A DNA stretch of 62,968 nt, filler included, from Callorhinchus milii (GCF_018977255.1; 4 parts of 4 records of this genome joined end to end with filler, not necessarily neighbours in it), one strand, 5' to 3'. Positions 1 through 14,200 are shown, counted from the whole stretch's first letter. Notes: a model not told the origin generated them from the sequence alone. Numbers and translations are program-made.

Positions 1-151
1 CATTTAAACTCTGTTCTGAGGTAAGGGTAGGTGGAAACGTACAGCAACAAATTACATTTGTATAACACCTTTCATGACAGGACAACGTCCCAAGTCAGGG
101 ATCCACACTCGAGCTGGTGGTTGGGATCAGGATCAACAAGCGCACACTCAC

Positions 152-1931
152 CTTGTGTAACCCCTCCTTGTACTCGTCTGCCGGGCCCTTCCCCAAGGCC
201 AACGCCATCACTTTGTTTTTGCCAAAGAAGAACCTAGAGACAAAAACAGAAATCATTTCCTCTCCCTGTCCCCTTCACCTCAAAATTACCACCTGACTCT
301 CGTGTGCCTGTTCTCGGGGGCTGGGTACAGCAAGGCCTGGGTTTTAACTCGAGGCTAAAGGATTACAGGGTGAATGGTTTACCGGCTGTGTTTCCAGGCA
401 TTCCGGATGTCCTTCAGTTTGTTGTTTCTCATGTTCTTGATGGAAAAGATGAAGAGATGCTTGTAGGTGTCCACACATTTTCGTAACTTTAAAAACAATT
501 GTAAAACAGGATAAGAAACAAGCTTCGAGAACAGCCGTGGCAGCCATTTTATAGTGGATCAGTCTGAGTGGAGGCTGTAATGCCAAAGACCTATTCACAA
601 CAGGAATCAGCACATTCCTGATCACTCACCTGCATACAGCCAGAACAAATCATTTATACATAAAATCTCAAGAATGATTCTAAACCAGCCAAAGTTCACA
701 CTTGTTTGTCATGATTAGTTTGTCTTTTGCACTCCCTAGTTATAGAGATGAGAGACAGCTTCTCCTGAGGCCTGCGGGTAAAAAAGCATTGTGTGGCCAT
801 GAGCCACGCAGACCTGGAAAGTTCCTGGCCTGTGAAGTGGCGGTGTTACAACTGGCTTAAGAATCCATATGTGAGGGAGAGAAGTCAAACTCACCCAGCA
901 TTCACACCACAATGATTGAAGTGTGTTAGTGCACAGTTTGAAAAGGGAGATCTCTCATTGATACACTTTTCTGAGTTACTAGTTAGGGAAATCATGTTTG
1001 TGATTTGCCCAAACAGATTCCATTGATTGTCGCTAGTGGGGGCAGAGGTGCATGTTACCATGTCTGTCACCGTGTACACTCACTCACCTCCTCAATCAGG
1101 TTCTGTTTGACTTCCAATCCTTTCTTTGCTGTTTTCGTCAGAGAAACTGGAGAAAGAAATTGAGTGAGTGAACGAGCGAGCGCCGATACCTGCCACAAGA
1201 GCAGAGGATTAGTACTGAGATGGCTGCTCTGACCTTAACTCCAATAATTGCAAATGTGTGGCATAAAATCTGACATCATGTCAGTGCTGACAGGCTCTGT
1301 GCAGAGACAGAGAGAACTGACATAAGCGAAGGTGGGATGGTCCCGGCTGGACAAACATTTAGAAGCTTTTCCAGACTGCGTATTGAATGACAAACTGGGC
1401 AATTGTAGCTGGATCCCAGCAGTCAGCCTTAATAATAACGATCCTTGCATTTGACATAGCGCCTTCTCGAGTCGTCTCAAAGCGCTTCACAGAATAATAA
1501 TAATCCTCGCATTTGATATAGCGCTTATCGCGTCTTCGAGACGTCCCAAAGCGCTTCACGGAGTACACGGTACAGTGAATTGACCGGATATTTTGCGGGC
1601 GGAACACGGCGGCCGATGGCGCGCAGCGGGCGTGTGCGCGGAGTGAGGTTTCGCCTGCCCCGGGAACCTGGCCCGTGAGGCGAGCGCACTGACCACTGCG
1701 CTACAGGACTCCGCAGCACACGCTCTGGAGTCTCCACCCCCAGAGCCCTGACCTTTGCCAAACCTGTGCCTCACACTGTGTGGACCGAGGCCCTGTGAGG
1801 AGGACACGTGTCTGTGGGAGACGCGGTGATGGGCTTCGCGGCCCTGATCGCTGCCCACGTGAGGCGCCCCTCACCCCCACCCCCGGCCCGGCCCTGGCCT
1901 TACCTTTCTTGTCGCGCCGGGACCTCGGCAT
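152..1931 (-). CDS. MRTO4: mRNA turnover protein 4 homolog (ribosome assembly factor Mrt4), exons 1-4; gene continues past the left window edge
   Basis: GT-AG exons at 1904-1931, 1088-1146, 383-486 and 152-233 splice in frame to [91 protein letters not shown], matching vertebrate MRTO4. It lies head-to-head with EMC1 as in other vertebrates. Confidence 0.97.
1430..1705 (-). mobile_element. tRNA-derived SINE with duplicated 3' tail in MRTO4 intron 1
   Basis: Reverse complement of the family head (gtcctgtagcgcagtggt...) and two copies of the tail ...gcgctatatcaaatgc(a/g)aggattattatt. Confidence 0.8.
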
Positions 1932-2265
1932 CCTGTACCCCCCGTAACCTCACCAACCAGTGGCCGCTCACCAGCCGCTCCCCAGCGGTCAGGTCGGTCT
2001 CTGGCCCCTCATGCTGTCAGGACCTCGAGCCGCCGGGAATTGTGGGAGAATTGGTGACCCACGACGCGCCTGAACCGTCTACGGCAGAAGCCACCGAGAG
2101 GTGTCCGGTGCCGCGCGCTCAGCATCAGGCCCGGCGGCTCGCGGGCCCGTTTTTTTTATATATATATATTATTTTTTTAAATTATTATTCCGCTCATGAC
2201 CTGCCGGTGCCGGTGGGTCCCGGCGCCGCCGGGCAGGCTGGGCTTGGGGTGGGGGCTTAGCTGTG
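1932..2265. promoter_or_regulatory. CpG-rich bidirectional promoter shared by MRTO4 and EMC1
   Basis: Only 334 bp separate the divergent ATGs (1931 minus, 2266 plus). The stretch is GC/CpG-rich and has a ZNF143/SBS-like GGGAATTGTGG at about 2035-2045. Confidence 0.8.
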
Positions 2266-5200
2266 ATGGCGGCGCTCTGGCTGTTCGCGCTGCTCGGGCT
2301 CGCGGAGGCCATCTACGAGGATCAGGCCGGCAAGTTCGACTGGTGAGAGGGGGAGAGGGCGGGCGGGGGCCTGGGGCCTGGCTACAGCTGGCGATAGGAG
2401 GAAAGGCCGAGGCGGAGCGGCCTCTCTCCAGCGCGGCTCAGTGTCGCGGGCCGGGGCCCGGGGTGGGGGGGGCCCTGTGCCTGGGGGGGGGGCCCGGGGA
2501 CCTGGGGGGGGGGCCCGGGACCTGAGGGGGGGTCTGGGGGTGGGGGGGGGGGCCCGGGGGCCCGGTGGCTCTGGGTTTTTAATAATAATCCCCGCGTTTG
2601 ACGCCGCGCCTCGTCACGGCTTCCAGACCGTCTCGAAGCGCTTCACGTGGGACGTACTGTCAAAAGTGTAGTGACCGTGTGTTTCGTGGACCCTGTCAGC
2701 AGGGTCCCGCGGACAGTCGCGGATTGAGGGACCAGATTTTTTTGGGGGGGAGGTTACACCCCAAGAAAAGCGATCCACTGATCGACTAACAACCGGGTGG
2801 GTACCTTCTCGCTGCTCGGTAAACCGGGGGTGTGTGTGGGGAGTAAGGAAATTTGCCCAATATTTCGCTCTGCCCGGGAATCGAACCCAGGACCTCTCGC
2901 TTGCTCTAACCGCTGAGCTACAGGAACGAACACGGTGTCGACGGTGAAGCCTGACACTCGCACGTCTGGTGTCATACAGTGCGCGCGTGTGTGTGTGGAG
3001 GGGCCTGTGGGCAGGAAGATGGCACCAATGCTCTCACACATTTCATGCCGAGCTGTGTTGCCCACCAGGAAGCTCGCAGGGAGTTTGTGGTACATGCCCC
3101 CCCCCTGTGAGGCTTAAACCCGCACTTGTCGGATGTCAACCAACCAACTGGTGACTCTCCTCCGGGGGTGAGCATTGGGCCTGAGTTGGCTTCAAGTTGA
3201 TGTGCAAGGTGAAACCCTTGGTGACATCATCCGCAGACATGGGGTAAATTACCACATGTGTGCGGATAATCTCTCTGCCTTCACCCTCAACTCCAGGACC
3301 ACTGCTGTCCTGACCAACTGCCTGTCCAACATCAAGTCCTGGACGAGGGACAACTTTCTCCAGCTGAACGTCAGCAAGACCGAGGCACTCCTGATTGGCT
3401 CATGCTAGCGCCTCTGCACCTCGGGCGCTGGCAGCATCAACCTCCAAGGCTGCATCCTCAACCTCACTAAGCCAGTCAGGAACTTATGTGTCTTGTTTGA
3501 CCCTGAACTGTCCTTTCTCCCCCACATCCGCGCCATGACCAACACTGCCTACCACCACCTCCACAACATTGCCAGACTCCACCACTGCCTCACCCCTCAG
3601 GCTTCCGAAACCTTCACCCACGCTCGATTATGGAAATTCCCTCCTCATCGGCCTTCCCAATTCTTTCTTTCGCTGCAGATCATCCAAAACTCTGCAGCTC
3701 GTATACTCTCACCCACCAGGCTCCATGACCCCGTCACTCCCACCCTCGCTCGACTCCACTGGCTCCCCATCCCTTAGAGGATCGAATTCAAGATCCTCGT
3801 CCTCACTTTCAAGGCCTCTTACTTCTCTGACCTGCTGACTCCCAACCAACCTGCCCGCTCCCTCCATTCATTGGGCTCCAGCCTGCTCCATGTCTCCCGC
3901 CCTACTATCGGTGGCCGAGCTTTCAGCCTCTCTGCACCCACATTCTGGAACTCCATCCCACAGTCCCTTCATCTTGTTTCCTCCCTTGCCTCCTTCAAGG
4001 CCGGTCTCAAGATCCTCCTCTTCAATGTTGTTGTTGTTTCGATCGTGACTTCGGTCACCCTCCCACCTCTCTGCCTTCCCTCACTCTTACCACACTACAC
4101 CGCTCTTCCATGCTTGGGTCCTTACCCCTGACTGTCTAGCGCCTTGGGACATCCTCCCGACGTGAAGGACAATCTGTAAATGTAATTTTGTCGTCGTTGT
4201 TGTCTTGCCTACCGGGGAGAGTGTCCATTCAATTACAGACACAGGTGGCATAAATGGAACACTAATGCCGTGTCTCCCCCCACAAAATACACAGTCTCTA
4301 CACTTGACAGTTTATTCTGTGATGCGCTTTGAGATGTCTCAAAAAAGTGATAAGGCGCTATATCAAATGCAAAGATTATTATCTCTGAGTCTCTGTCTGG
4401 TTTAGAGACTCTTAAATTATGGGTTTGACGCAGAATAAGGAGTGTTACTAAGGATCTGTTCTGACAATTGTCCAAGTGCTGTTGGCTTCAGTAGGTTGGT
4501 TTGATAAACTCGTCTGTTATTATCTGTTTTTAGGAGATGCCAATATGTTGGCAAACCGCAATTTGCGTACTTTGATGCCCCTACGCAAGCCTCTAAAAAG
4601 ATTGTGGTTGCAACAGAGAACAACGTGATCGCATCGCTTAACACTAGAAATGGGAAAATCTGTGAGTCATCAGAATATGAGAACATTACTTTAAACTTTT
4701 CAGGCAGGTTTTAATCTGGAACCGATCTGCTCATTCCAATGTTCTGTGCCTCAAATTCCAGTATGGCGTCAGGTGGACAAAGCAGGTGTTGAGGGGGCCG
4801 TGGATCTGATGTTACTCCATGGACAGGGTGAGTGACTCAAAATGTTTTAAACTGATGTGTGCTGTGAGCTTGTAAGGCATAACGGCCAGCTAAGTCTCTG
4901 TAGTACTGATGGTGACCAAAGGTTTAGTGCTTGTGCTTTGGGTGCTGTGTGAACTGTCTTCTCTTGATTACTATGCCAGCTGAGGACTTCTTGTTGCACA
5001 CGTGGCTGCAGCCTGTGTAAATCCCAGGAGAAATCCACTGCTGTAAAAATTTCAGGTTCGTTCTGAACCTGAAAATTCAGCTCATCAATAGAACGGAGTT
5101 CTGGCTGCTAAGTTCCTGATCGATGAAGATTCCCGTCCTTAACAGATATTTGGCTGATGTATTATTGTCTCCTCTCCTGGTGTTGCTGGACTGATTGAAG

Positions 5201-8200
5201 AGTCACATTGATAGTGTGGACAGAGGGTGGAGAGGTGGGAAACTAAAGGGAGAGTAAGCAGCAGAGGGATAAGGATCTCACTCCCATGGGAATTGGTGAA
5301 TTGATATTGTATGATATTGTGGTGCCAATGATTCATTTTATAGCATAAATTGTATTAAAAATTTATCATTCCTTGCTATTTCTATTTCCTTTCCACAGAC
5401 GCGCTAACGGTGTCGGGGGGAGGAAGGATGCTGCGCTCCTGGGATACGAACATTGGGGGATTGAACTGGGAGTTTCTGCTGGAACCTGGCAGGTCAGGAC
5501 CATGTATTTGTAGCCTTCACTGGCAGTTTATTGTCCTCCAAGCTCTCCTGTCATTTTGTTAAAATTTTGTTTCGGTCAATTATTTCCCTTCTCCATCCTT
5601 CCTGAAGGCGTTTGACTCACTTTTCTTTCCCATGAGGTCTGGTCTGGTTACATTATAAAAAGACAGTTTTCTGAGACTGAGTTGTAGCCTGAAATCTAAT
5701 TGAGAGCTTCAAGTGGTTTGTATGTTGAATGACTGGTCCTGGGAGTAAGATCTAGGCTGAAATATATGTGAGTGATTTAGATGTTGAATAAATGAGTAAT
5801 TTACAGGGAATTAGGCATTGTTTCCTTGTCTCACTCAAATTACGTTTTGTTTTAGTTTTCAGACGGGCTGTTTGGTCGTCTCTGCAGAAGGAGTAAGATT
5901 TATCGCAATCGTCAAGAAAGAGTCCATTTCGCTCCATTATCTCTCAAACGGACATCAGAAATGGACGGAGGCTCTACCGGACAGGTGAACGCTGCTGGGT
6001 ATATTGCCATATGGCGCAGAGGTTTGCACAGCTAACTGTAGGAATGTCTTTGCTAGGCTCAGTGGTTTCTGGATGTGACCCATTTCTTGTTGCCGTTCTG
6101 GGAAGCACAGCTATTGCCTCACTTTCAAAGTCCTCTACGGTCTTGCTCCCCCCTACCTCTACGACCTCCTAACCCCCTAACATCCTGTTCGCTCCCTCCG
6201 CTCAGCGGGCTCCGTCCTGCTTCACACCCTCCGCCACTTTCAATACCCGTCTCAAGCACCTCTTCTTTGACCGTGCTTTCGATCTCCCTGCTCCCCCCCC
6301 CCCCCCGTCCTCCACCCTCTCCCCAGCTCGGGTCCGTAAGTCTGTGTGTCCAGCGCCTTGGGATGTTCTCCCGACGTGAAAAGTGCTTTACACATTTTGT
6401 TGTTGTTACTTAAACTGAGGACCTGAGACTGACTGTGCAGTGTGTGCTTCAGCAGTAACAGTAGCAATTGTCTGTTCTTTCATCGCTCTTCGGGGACATA
6501 ACTCCTTTGAAATTTGGCACTTGATCTGTGGGTGTAAGCAGTTTAACTGATGGTGTGTATGTTTGGCTGTGTGTCTGTCTCTCTGTAGTGAGGGTATCCA
6601 TTATGAGTTGGTGTATTCAGGAGGAGATGATGCTGTGCATCTGGTAGGAGTGGTTTCTCGTTCTCAACTCCACATCACTACGTATGATGTCGCTGATGGC
6701 AAGGTCGTCCGTCAGGTGAGGACAGGAGGTGGCGATGTAGGTACGCTATGATGGGAGTCCTGTAGGTCAGTGGTTAGAGCACTCACCTCGCAAGCGAATG
6801 GACCTGGGTTTGATTCCCGGCCAGGGCGAAACGTTGGCCAAGTTTCCATCCTCCTCTGTTTATCTAACAGTAAGTAGGAAACCGGGGGAAATAATCCCTT
6901 CGAAACAAAAATAAATTTAAAAAATAATAATAATTAAGTAACTCAATCAGTGACTTTTTGTGGGACACGCTATGCACAATTGACTGCCATGTTTCACCCA
7001 CAAAATATACAGTCCATTTAAAGTATAATAAAAATAATCCTTGAATTTGATATAGTGCTTTATCACATCTTTGAGATGTCCCAAAAGTGCTTCACAGAAT
7101 ATACTGTAAAGTCAATTGACTGAATATTCTGTGAAGCACTTTGAGACGTCTCAATGACATGATAAGGCGTTGTATTAAATGCAAGGATGATTATGATCAA
7201 TATTTGACACTAAGAGGAACCAGAGTCTCAGTGTCAACAGTTTCCGCTCTATTCTGTTAATTTGCTTCTCTGCTGCTTCTGGGATGTCTTTCCGACGTGA
7301 AGGGGGCTATACAAGTCTAACTTGTTGTTGTTGTTGCTGATTTCTTCTGAAGATTTCCTTCGAAACCTCCTGGATCCAGCACCTGAAGGACCTTTGTGGG
7401 GTTATTGGGGAAGGAATCCTGGCTTGTGTGGACTCGGAATCCCACTCCCTTCATCTCCTGCCTCTGCAATCAGACCAGGAGCCTGTGCAGATTGCACTGC
7501 AGGTAGTTTGGAGTTTACAGAAATCAAAGATATAAATCTAGACAATCGAGTGGAGTCAAATGTAAGTTGTTGACTATTTTACTTTCTCTTTATTCCTGGT
7601 CTGTAGTCTCTGGATCTGAAGCTGGATGAAGGGTTTAAGGGAAAGATTGTCACCACACAGCCATCACCAATGGGGGCTGCTGGAGCTCAGTTCTTCCTGC
7701 ATTTATCAGACACCAACGGTGTGCTGCTGCAGCTCCGCCACATGGCCCTCAGCTCTCTGCGCAAGTTTGTCCAGGTTAGTCACCGCTCTGTTCAGTGCTC
7801 GGGTGCCACAGACAGGTATCTCGCGTATCCTGCTTTCCGCCCTCCCACACACACAAACCCCCCCGTCCCCCACATACAACCACTCCACCCACACAAACCC
7901 TCCCCCCACACAACCCCTCCTGACCCCACCAACGCTCCCCACCCACACGCCCTCCGCCCACCCACACAGATATGAAGCACGATAGATGTTATACACAGCA
8001 TTGAATTACCGATCACTGGCTGACTCTTAACCCTTGCTTTCAGGACTTACCAGCTGTTACTAGATATACTGCATTAATTCAGTGTTTGGGGGAATTAATT
8101 ATCAGCGTCCCTCCCACCGGCCCGCCTGGGATCGGTTAGCTCAGTTCCCATAAGCTGGGATTCACTGGGTGACTTCACTTTCTGTGTGGTTCAGTTTCAG

Positions 8201-11200
8201 ACACCAGGGAAATGGCTTTACTGACAGCTGTTTAGGGGAAGTGTTGCTCCTGTAGAGCCTTTGTAGCTGTAGTGTGTTGTGAGGGGTTAATCCTTCTATC
8301 TCTTGCAGGCTTCACTGATGTCTTTCGCTACGACTGGTGATAAAACAGTGGCGGCTGTGATGACAGCTAAGAACAGAACGGTGAGGCCCAAAGAGGGAAG
8401 TGTTCTGTAGAACAAACTTTTCCACATATTTCGCTTCGCCCATCAAATATACAGTCACTACAGTATATTACAGTATATCCCTTGAAGCACTTTGAGAAGT
8501 CTTGACGATGTGATAAGACGCTATATCAAATGCAAGGATTATTATTATATTCTTAGACTGATGAGAGCAGCAGTGGCACTGAGGGAGAAATTAGCACATG
8601 TTCTAATAGTTGATTGGAATTACGACCCTAAACATAGGGTCATAAGCAACTCAATTTCAAATCAATATGTGTGTCGCTAGTGTGTGTGTGTGTGTGTGTT
8701 GCTGGCACATGTGTGTTATTGTATGTGTTGCTGACACAGACATGTTCTCACAGGCTCCCTTCAGAGCAGCTATCTGATACTATGCTGCTTCCAGGATAAA
8801 CTCACACAGAGCCAGAGAGGACAGTGGCTGATTTGGGTTATGTTTTGTTTCTGTTCAACAGGCTTTCAGCATTAACCTGTACTCAGCAGAGAATGGCCGA
8901 TGGTTACTGGATACGGCCATGGACTTTTCCCTGAACCCACATGTTGGCAGCCCTGAGCAGGTGAGGGGGAAATGGGAGGGGCTCTGATTCGCAAATTATA
9001 CCCCCCCACAAGGTGTAGAGAACTCCACACCCACCCAACCCCCACCCCCCTCAACAGTGTAATGGGGTAGGGTGGCTGAACTCCTTCTGGATTACCTGCA
9101 TCTCCAGTCCTGGGAAATCTGATCCAACTCAAATTGATGCAGAGAAATTGTGTCTTCTGAAAGGAGGATTGCTTTGCGGCCAGTGGGAGCAAACTCGGGT
9201 GTGTAAAATCCCCCGTTACTGCTCTCACTCACTCTGTGTGTGTTCGCTCTCTCTCAGCTCTACATTCAACCATTTCTGAAGAAAGATGATTCTGTGGGAT
9301 ACCGGGCTCTGCTCCAGACCATCGACCACACCCTTACCTACATTCAACAGCCAGGTGTGTGGAAGGCAGGACATAGGCTGGATGTGACAGGCTCACACAG
9401 TGAGGCATTCCATCCCCATGCACCCCGGTCCAGGATTTGTTTGCCATATGTGGAGAGCTTAGTAGTTAGAGCACTCGCTTTGCAAGCAAGTGGACCTGGG
9501 TTTGATTACCAGGCAGGGCGAAACTTAGACAAGTTTCCTTACTCCCCACGCCTCTGTTTACCTAACAGTAAATAGAAAGTAGAAGTTAGTCAATTGGTGG
9601 ATTGCTTTTCTGGGGGTAATAAAAATGAATCATAAGAATTTGGTCACTCAATCCACGACTATGTGTGAAACACTGTTGTGTGCAATTGGTTGCCGTGTTT
9701 TGCGAATAAAACAGTCACTACACTTTACAGTATATTCTGTGAAACACTTTGAAACATCTTGAAGACGCGATAAGGCGCGATATCAAATACAAGGATTGTT
9801 ATTATGATATCAAATGCAAGCATTCTTATCATTATGTGTTCCTGACGTGTGTGCAGAGCCACACTGGAATGTTTAGAGAGTTGAGGATTCTCTGCTCTGT
9901 GTAGGTCGCATTGTCTGGACACGGGAAGAGGCGTTGGCAGAAGTTGTTACGATGGAGATGGTGGATCTGCCTCTGACGGGAACGCAGGCCGAGCTGGAGG
10001 GCGAGTTTGGCAAGAAAGCAGGTAGTGTGTGACCCTGGAAAAAAAGACCACTCACTTTAGGAAACTCAATTTCCTCTCTCCATGGATGCTGCCTGACCTG
10101 CTGAGTATTCCCAGCGACTTCTGTTTTTATTATTGAATATTTAGGAGTTTGTTTGTTTGAATCTGATGAGACTTTTCTGCAGGTGCTTCTCCACAGACAG
10201 AGAGCAAGAGGGAGGCTTTGTTCCAGAGAACCAAACCACTTGTACATCATCAGGTGTCACAATGTCCCCTCCCTCTCGACTCCCCCCAACAATTTATCTT
10301 CAAAGGGTGCCTAAAAAGCTACCTATTTGACTGTGCCGATAATCCCCTGCCCCCCTCCTGGCTCAGTATCCAGCATTGAGTATAGATCTGTGAGATGTCA
10401 CTGTGTATCAAAGATGCTGTGTTGAATGTGTAGCCAATTCTCATGGTCCTGTGTGCTCTGTGGTTGAGACGCAGCTTTTAACATGATCTTTTTTCTTTCT
10501 GCTGCTGTGGAACCAGCCACACAAGGTAATGGGCTTTCATTGCGCAGATTTCTGTGTCGTTTCTGGGAGGTAACTTGTGTGGCAATGAGAGCTGAAGTGC
10601 CTTTCCAGCTCCTTGAGTGTTCAGGGAATTTTTAGTTGCGATGCCGCTCTATAAGTGCTCATTCTTGCCATTGGCTTTCGATGGGGGGGGTGGAGAAACA
10701 ACAACAAATTGCATTTATATAGTGCCTTTCACTTCGGGAGACGTCCCAAGGCGCTGGACAGTGAAGGATATTGCACACCCAACCGGAGTCTGCACCCTGC
10801 AATTTTAATGCAGGTGACCAACTGGTTTATACTTACCGCTCTATGATCTGTCACACATGATTCTATTCTGTCTCTGTTTCCCTGTGTCATTTTTCTCGCT
10901 CTGTCTGTTCTCGCTCTCTCTGGACTGTTTCTCCTGCTTGACCACTGGTTGCTTTGCCTGGCAGATGGCCCAATGGGAATGTTTATGAAGCGGATTTCGT
11001 CCCAGCTGGTTCTGCTGCAGGCCTGGTGCTATCAGCTGCTGAAGATGTTCTATGATGCGCGGAAACCTCGCAGCCAATCAAAGAACGAAATCACCATTGA
11101 GAACCTGGCTCGAGATGAGTTTAACCTGCAGAAGATGATGGTGATGGTGACGGCATGTGGGAAGGTACGGGGAGGGAGGTGTGACCCTGACCCTCAGTTA

Positions 11201-14200
11201 CTGGATGCTGTGTCCAGCTATTTCTACCTTTGTTTCTTGTCTTTGTGGAGTTTTGCAGCTCAGTGGTTAGGGCGCTCACCTCACAAGCGAGAGGACCTGG
11301 GTTCGATTCCCAGCAGGGCGAAATGTTAGGCAAATTTCCTTACTCCATACGCCTCTGTTTACCTAGCAGTCAGTAGGAACCCGGTTGTTAGTCGATTGGT
11401 GGATTGCTTTTCCAGGGGTAATAACCCCTTCAAAAAATAAATAAATAGTTTGGTCACACAATCCACGACTGTTTGTGGGACACTACTGTGCACAATTGGC
11501 TGCGGCATTTCATGGACTAAATATACGTTCAGTTCACTTGACAGTATATTCTGTGAAGCTCTTTGAGACATTTCGAAGACGTGATAATACGCTATATCAA
11601 ATGCAAGGATTATTATAATTTTCCAGCTCTTTGGGATTGACAGCAGCTCAGGGACCATCCTATGGAAGCATTACTTGGAGAACGTGAAGCCCGGATCCTC
11701 CTTCAAACTGGCTGTCCAGCGAACGACAGCTCACTTCCCTCACCCCCCCCAGTGCACGCTGATCATCAAAGACAAGGTTAGTGTCGCTGAGCTGGAGCTA
11801 AAGGATTCACTTCTACTTTTCACTCCGACCCCGATTTGTGGTTGGTCTGTCCTCCTCGCGGCCCAGGGCAGTGACCAGAGGCGGTAGTGACTGAGAACAT
11901 CACCTCGGGCAGGGTTAACGTGTAATTGTGTTCTCTGCTGCTGAGTTTCAATCAGATTCCTGTCCACCCAGTCCTTGCTTCCTTGCTCCACATCCACAAG
12001 CTTTGGGTAGCATTCAGGACTTGGGACCCTGGCTGACTTATCTTTCCCCTCGCCACCCCTCCTCCAGCCTGGGGTGAGATTGAGACGTTCTCCTGAAATG
12101 AAACTACACATGTAGTTTGTTGTTCTTGAGATTGTCATCTCTGCTCAGAGTAGGTATCGAACTCGAGACTATTGGGGTGTTTTAAAAATCAATTAACCCT
12201 TTGACTCCCAACTTTTGCTTTCACCAGGAAACTGGATTGAGTTCTCTCCATGTCTTTAACCCAATCTTTGGCAAGCGAAGTTATGTAACCCCCCCAGCGC
12301 TGGACCGGCCCATCCTTCAGTCCCTGCTGCTGCCTATCGTGGACCAAGATTACGCCAAAGTGCTGCTGCTGATTGACGCTGAACACAAGGTAATTTACCT
12401 CCTTGATCAAACGTGTATTTGCCTGATGCTTGCTTCACCTGTAGGTGTCCAGTAGCTCAGTGGTTAGAGCACTCGCCTCCTAAGCGAGAGGACCTGGGTT
12501 CGATTCCCTGGCAGGGCAAAACATTGGGCAAGTTTCCTTACTCCACACGCCTCTGTTTACCTAGCAGTAAATAAGAACCCAGTTGCTAGTTGATTGGCGG
12601 ATTGCTTTCCGTAGGTAATGATCCCTTCACAAAAATAACAACAATAATTTGTCACTCAATCCACAACTGTTTGTGGGACGCTGCTGTGCGTAATTGGCTG
12701 CCGCGTTTCACCCTAAAAATACAGTCAATTCACTTTACAGTATATTCTGTGAAGCACTTTGAGATGTCTCAACGGCGTGATAAGGCGCTTTATCAAATGC
12801 AACGATTATGATTATTATGTTTGTTTCTGACTGGCAACAGCGTTGCTGCAACTGAGCCTTGTTTTCCCTCTTCCCAGGTGACAGCCTTTCCCTCCAGTAG
12901 GAATATCCTGCAGCAGCTCCAGACCTCTGCCTCTGTTATTTACTTCTATCTGGTCGACCCGGTGCAGGGCAAACTAAACGGCTTCCACCTGCGCGAGGTA
13001 ACTTGTCTGGTTTAAATCATTGACCTGTGTTCGTGGGGGTCAGTACTGTTCTGCCTGTTCTGTTAGTCAGGGTGTCAGTTGGGATATCACTTGTGACATT
13101 TGTTTCCTGCAGGACTTTGGAACCGAGGAGATTTGGGAGGTGGCGATTCCGACAGAGACTCAGAGAATAGTGACTGTCAAAGGGAAACGCTCCAACGAAC
13201 ATGTGCACTCACAGGGCCGTGTCATGGGGGATCGCAGTGTCCTGTACAAGGTACAGCGGGGAGCGGGTGGGTGGGAGGGGAGCGGGGGTTGGCAAGTGTG
13301 TATGTGTTGGGGTATGATATAAGGGATTACAGAGGTGAAATATAACTGGATTTAACCTTGTGATTGATGGCTGATCTTCACTGGTTTACCAGCTCTCGGT
13401 GGCCAGCTTCTGTGTCGTTTCTCATGGCTGACTCTGCTCTCTGTAGTATCTGAACCCCAATCTGCTGGCAGTCATCACAGAGAGCACCGACACGCACCAG
13501 GAACGAGCCTTCATCTGCATCTACCTCATTGATGGCCGTGACCGGGCGCATCATCCACCAGTCTGTGCAGCGCAAAGCAAGAGGTCCTGTGTACGTGGTG
13601 CACTCCGAGAATTGGCTGGTGGTAAGATTGAGGGGGTTGGGGGGTCCCAGGGCAAAGTGGGGGAGAAAGTTGGCGGAGGAGGGGGGTGGGTTGTGTTCGG
13701 CAGGGTCTGAATTCAGAGTATAATGGCTCACTTTCTGAGTCACGATCGTACTTCTATCACAATGCCTTATTGATGCTGAGCAGCTTTGGGGGATTATTAA
13801 TGTCACTCACCCAGATGTCCCAACCCTCTGATTCGTCTCTGCCAGGATAAGACTGAAGAAACACTTGCGATTGACGCATTATCCACTTTGTAGCAATTTT
13901 CCCCATGAACTGATCACCCTTTCCACAGGCCTGAGGAACCCAATAACTGAACAGTGTTTCCCAGCGGTGCAAGTGGATGCGTATAAATGCCAGGGAGTTG
14001 GAGAGACAGATAGAATCATAGAATATTACAGCACAGAAGGAGGCCATTCAGCCCAACATGCCTGTGCCAGCTTTTTGCAGAGCTACCCAATCAGTCCCAC
14101 TCCCTCGCTCTTTCCACATACCCCTGCAATTTTTTCCTTCTCAAGTACCTTCAAGATTCTCTGTTATTTAACCCTAACTGTTCCATTCTGTGCTGACAGT

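Noticed and set aside
2196..2525. Upstream out-of-frame ATG/ORF overlapping the EMC1 start
   Set aside because: The transcription start is unknown and GC-rich DNA gives such ORFs by chance; no further support.
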